From Octopus bimaculoides (Eukaryota), in contig NC_068991.1 of NCBI RefSeq assembly GCF_001194135.2, forward strand, positions 21,886,618 through 21,937,144: DNA of 50,527 nucleotides, in the 5' to 3' direction. The notes below the pieces were generated by a model. It had not been told where the DNA came from and ran no database searches. It saw only the letters and a list, made by a program, of their open reading frames with translations. Of this stretch, positions 48,896-50,527 are shown piece after piece; position 1 is the first letter of the stretch, and each line of letters begins with the position of its first letter. A program made the position numbers and the translations under genes.

Positions 48896-50056
48896 GTGTG
48901 GGTAGGAGGAATTCTTAAAAGATAATATACAAAGTGATAACAATACATTTCAGTGTTTACAAATAAATACAAAAGAACGGAAGTTTTCGCAAAGAATAGG
49001 GGAAATGTAAAAGAAAAAAAAAGAACCCTAAAGAACCCCAAACTTCTTTATAAGTGTTTCGATGAAATCAGGTCAAAGTACAAAGTAAAAAAAAAAAAGG
49101 TTGCGTTTACTCACAAAAATATAACCTGTTTCCCTTTTAGCACATACAAGACGTGNNNNNNNNNNNNNNNNNNNNNNNNNNNNNNNNNNNNNNNNNNNNN
49201 NNNNNNNNNNNNNNNNNNNNNNNNNNNNNNNNNNNNNNNNNNNNNNNNNNNNNNNNNNNNNNNNNNNNNNNNNNNNNNNNNNNNNNNNNNNNNNNNNNNN
49301 NNNNNNNNNACACACAGATACATACATACTAGCAGACATTAAATATCGTTACACATAAACACAAAATTATGGTGTGTTTGTGTGTGTGTGTGTGTGTTTA
49401 TGTTTATGGAAAGTGAACAAAAATAAACCTTGTCCTTCGATATAAGGTAGAGTTTTTCTTCCACACATTTCCCCCTTTCATATACTACCTAATTAGTAAG
49501 ATAAATTTCATATACATACATACATATATATATATATATTTAAATTCACCCACCGGAATTCCTTAATAAAGGCTGGTCTGTTTTCACCAACATGACAAAT
49601 ATGTGTGAGTAGATAAGACAATTAAATGTAAATACTCCACGGACAGTCTTGAGAATAAAAAACTTTTGGTCCAGTTTCTTAAGTGGATGACTCCGCTCCG
49701 TTGCGATTATTATTGTTTTCGTTTTTGTTTTTTTTTTCCCCGACGGTTACGACAAATTATAAACAATCTTAGAATGAGTGACGAGTATAAATAATATTGG
49801 TCTTAGCCATAGCTGATACGAGTAATTAGTGAATTATCAATGAAACTTACTAGTTATTTATCAGACCAATAAGTTTAAAGTGGCTTCGATAAATTGTTTC
49901 TTTGTTTTGTTTTTTTTATCAATTATAATAAGTTGGTCAATGAATGAATCATTTCAGTGTTTTTGTACAATCATTAATTAATTAATAGTTATTGTTAACA
50001 ACGAGGCAGAAAACCCCATATGGGGGTCGGGAGACTTAAAGGTACACGAGGCTTAC

Positions 50057-50134
50057 CCGTCCTTTGCAGTTACGATGAAGTTGGTATGAAATAGTTATAC
50101 AGCATACTCGCTCTATGTGAGTGAGACGTTTACA
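50057..50134 (-). other. Candidate 78-nt exon (coding CKRLTHIERVCCITISYQLHRNCKGR, or UTR) of an unidentified minus-strand transcript
   Basis: Strong donor CGG|gtaagc and moderate acceptor tactattAG|. No partner exon identified. Confidence 0.2.
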
Positions 50135-50428
50135 CTAATAGTACACAGAAACATACATACTGACACACATAGACACACACATACACACGCTGACATACAA
50201 ACACACACACTGACATATATACACATGTACATGTGTGAGTGCTGGTGCGACTGAGGGTGAGAGATGAAGTAGAAAAATAGATGGCTATTTTTCACTTGCT
50301 CCCTCCACCAAAGTGGGTAGAGATGTATAGGACAGAGAGAAAAAGCCCGACATTGGTAGGAGAGAGGAGGGGGATTAGTTGCAGGATAGTGATGGCGGTG
50401 GAGAGAGTGTTGACACTAAATACTGAAT

Positions 50429-50490
<62 letters not shown>

Positions 50491-50527
50491 CAGTAGCAAC
50501 CAGACTATCGGATGTTGTCATACATAG

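Overview
AT-rich, microsatellite- and SINE-dense eukaryotic genomic DNA with several assembly gaps. The repeat landscape suggests an octopus (coleoid cephalopod) scaffold; this is inference, not database-confirmed. Almost all ORFs in the supplied track are artefacts of microsatellites, SINEs or N-runs. The one well-supported gene is on the minus strand: four exons with canonical splice sites and matching phases (11341-11209, 8599-8492, 6858-6659, 4382-4318). They encode about 168 aa of an unrecognised single-pass membrane protein with a Tyr-motif-rich N-terminal region, a hydrophobic helix and a coiled-coil-like neck. A CpG-rich promoter-like patch with NRF1- and ETS-type motifs lies at about 32.5-32.7 kb. 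Mobile DNA includes several tRNA-derived SINE families (some with clear TSDs), fossils of a Penelope GIY-YIG endonuclease, a CRE-like restriction-like endonuclease and an RTE-type 3' end, a probable solo LTR, and fold-back/MITE elements. The most unusual object is a head-to-head palindromic dimer of a tRNA-headed element at 42230-42694. It is bounded by one 13-bp direct repeat, and each arm carries a degenerate Penelope-type minimal hammerhead ribozyme. Three more hammerhead-core-like motifs occur elsewhere in the window. No rRNA, true tRNA gene or CRISPR array was found.
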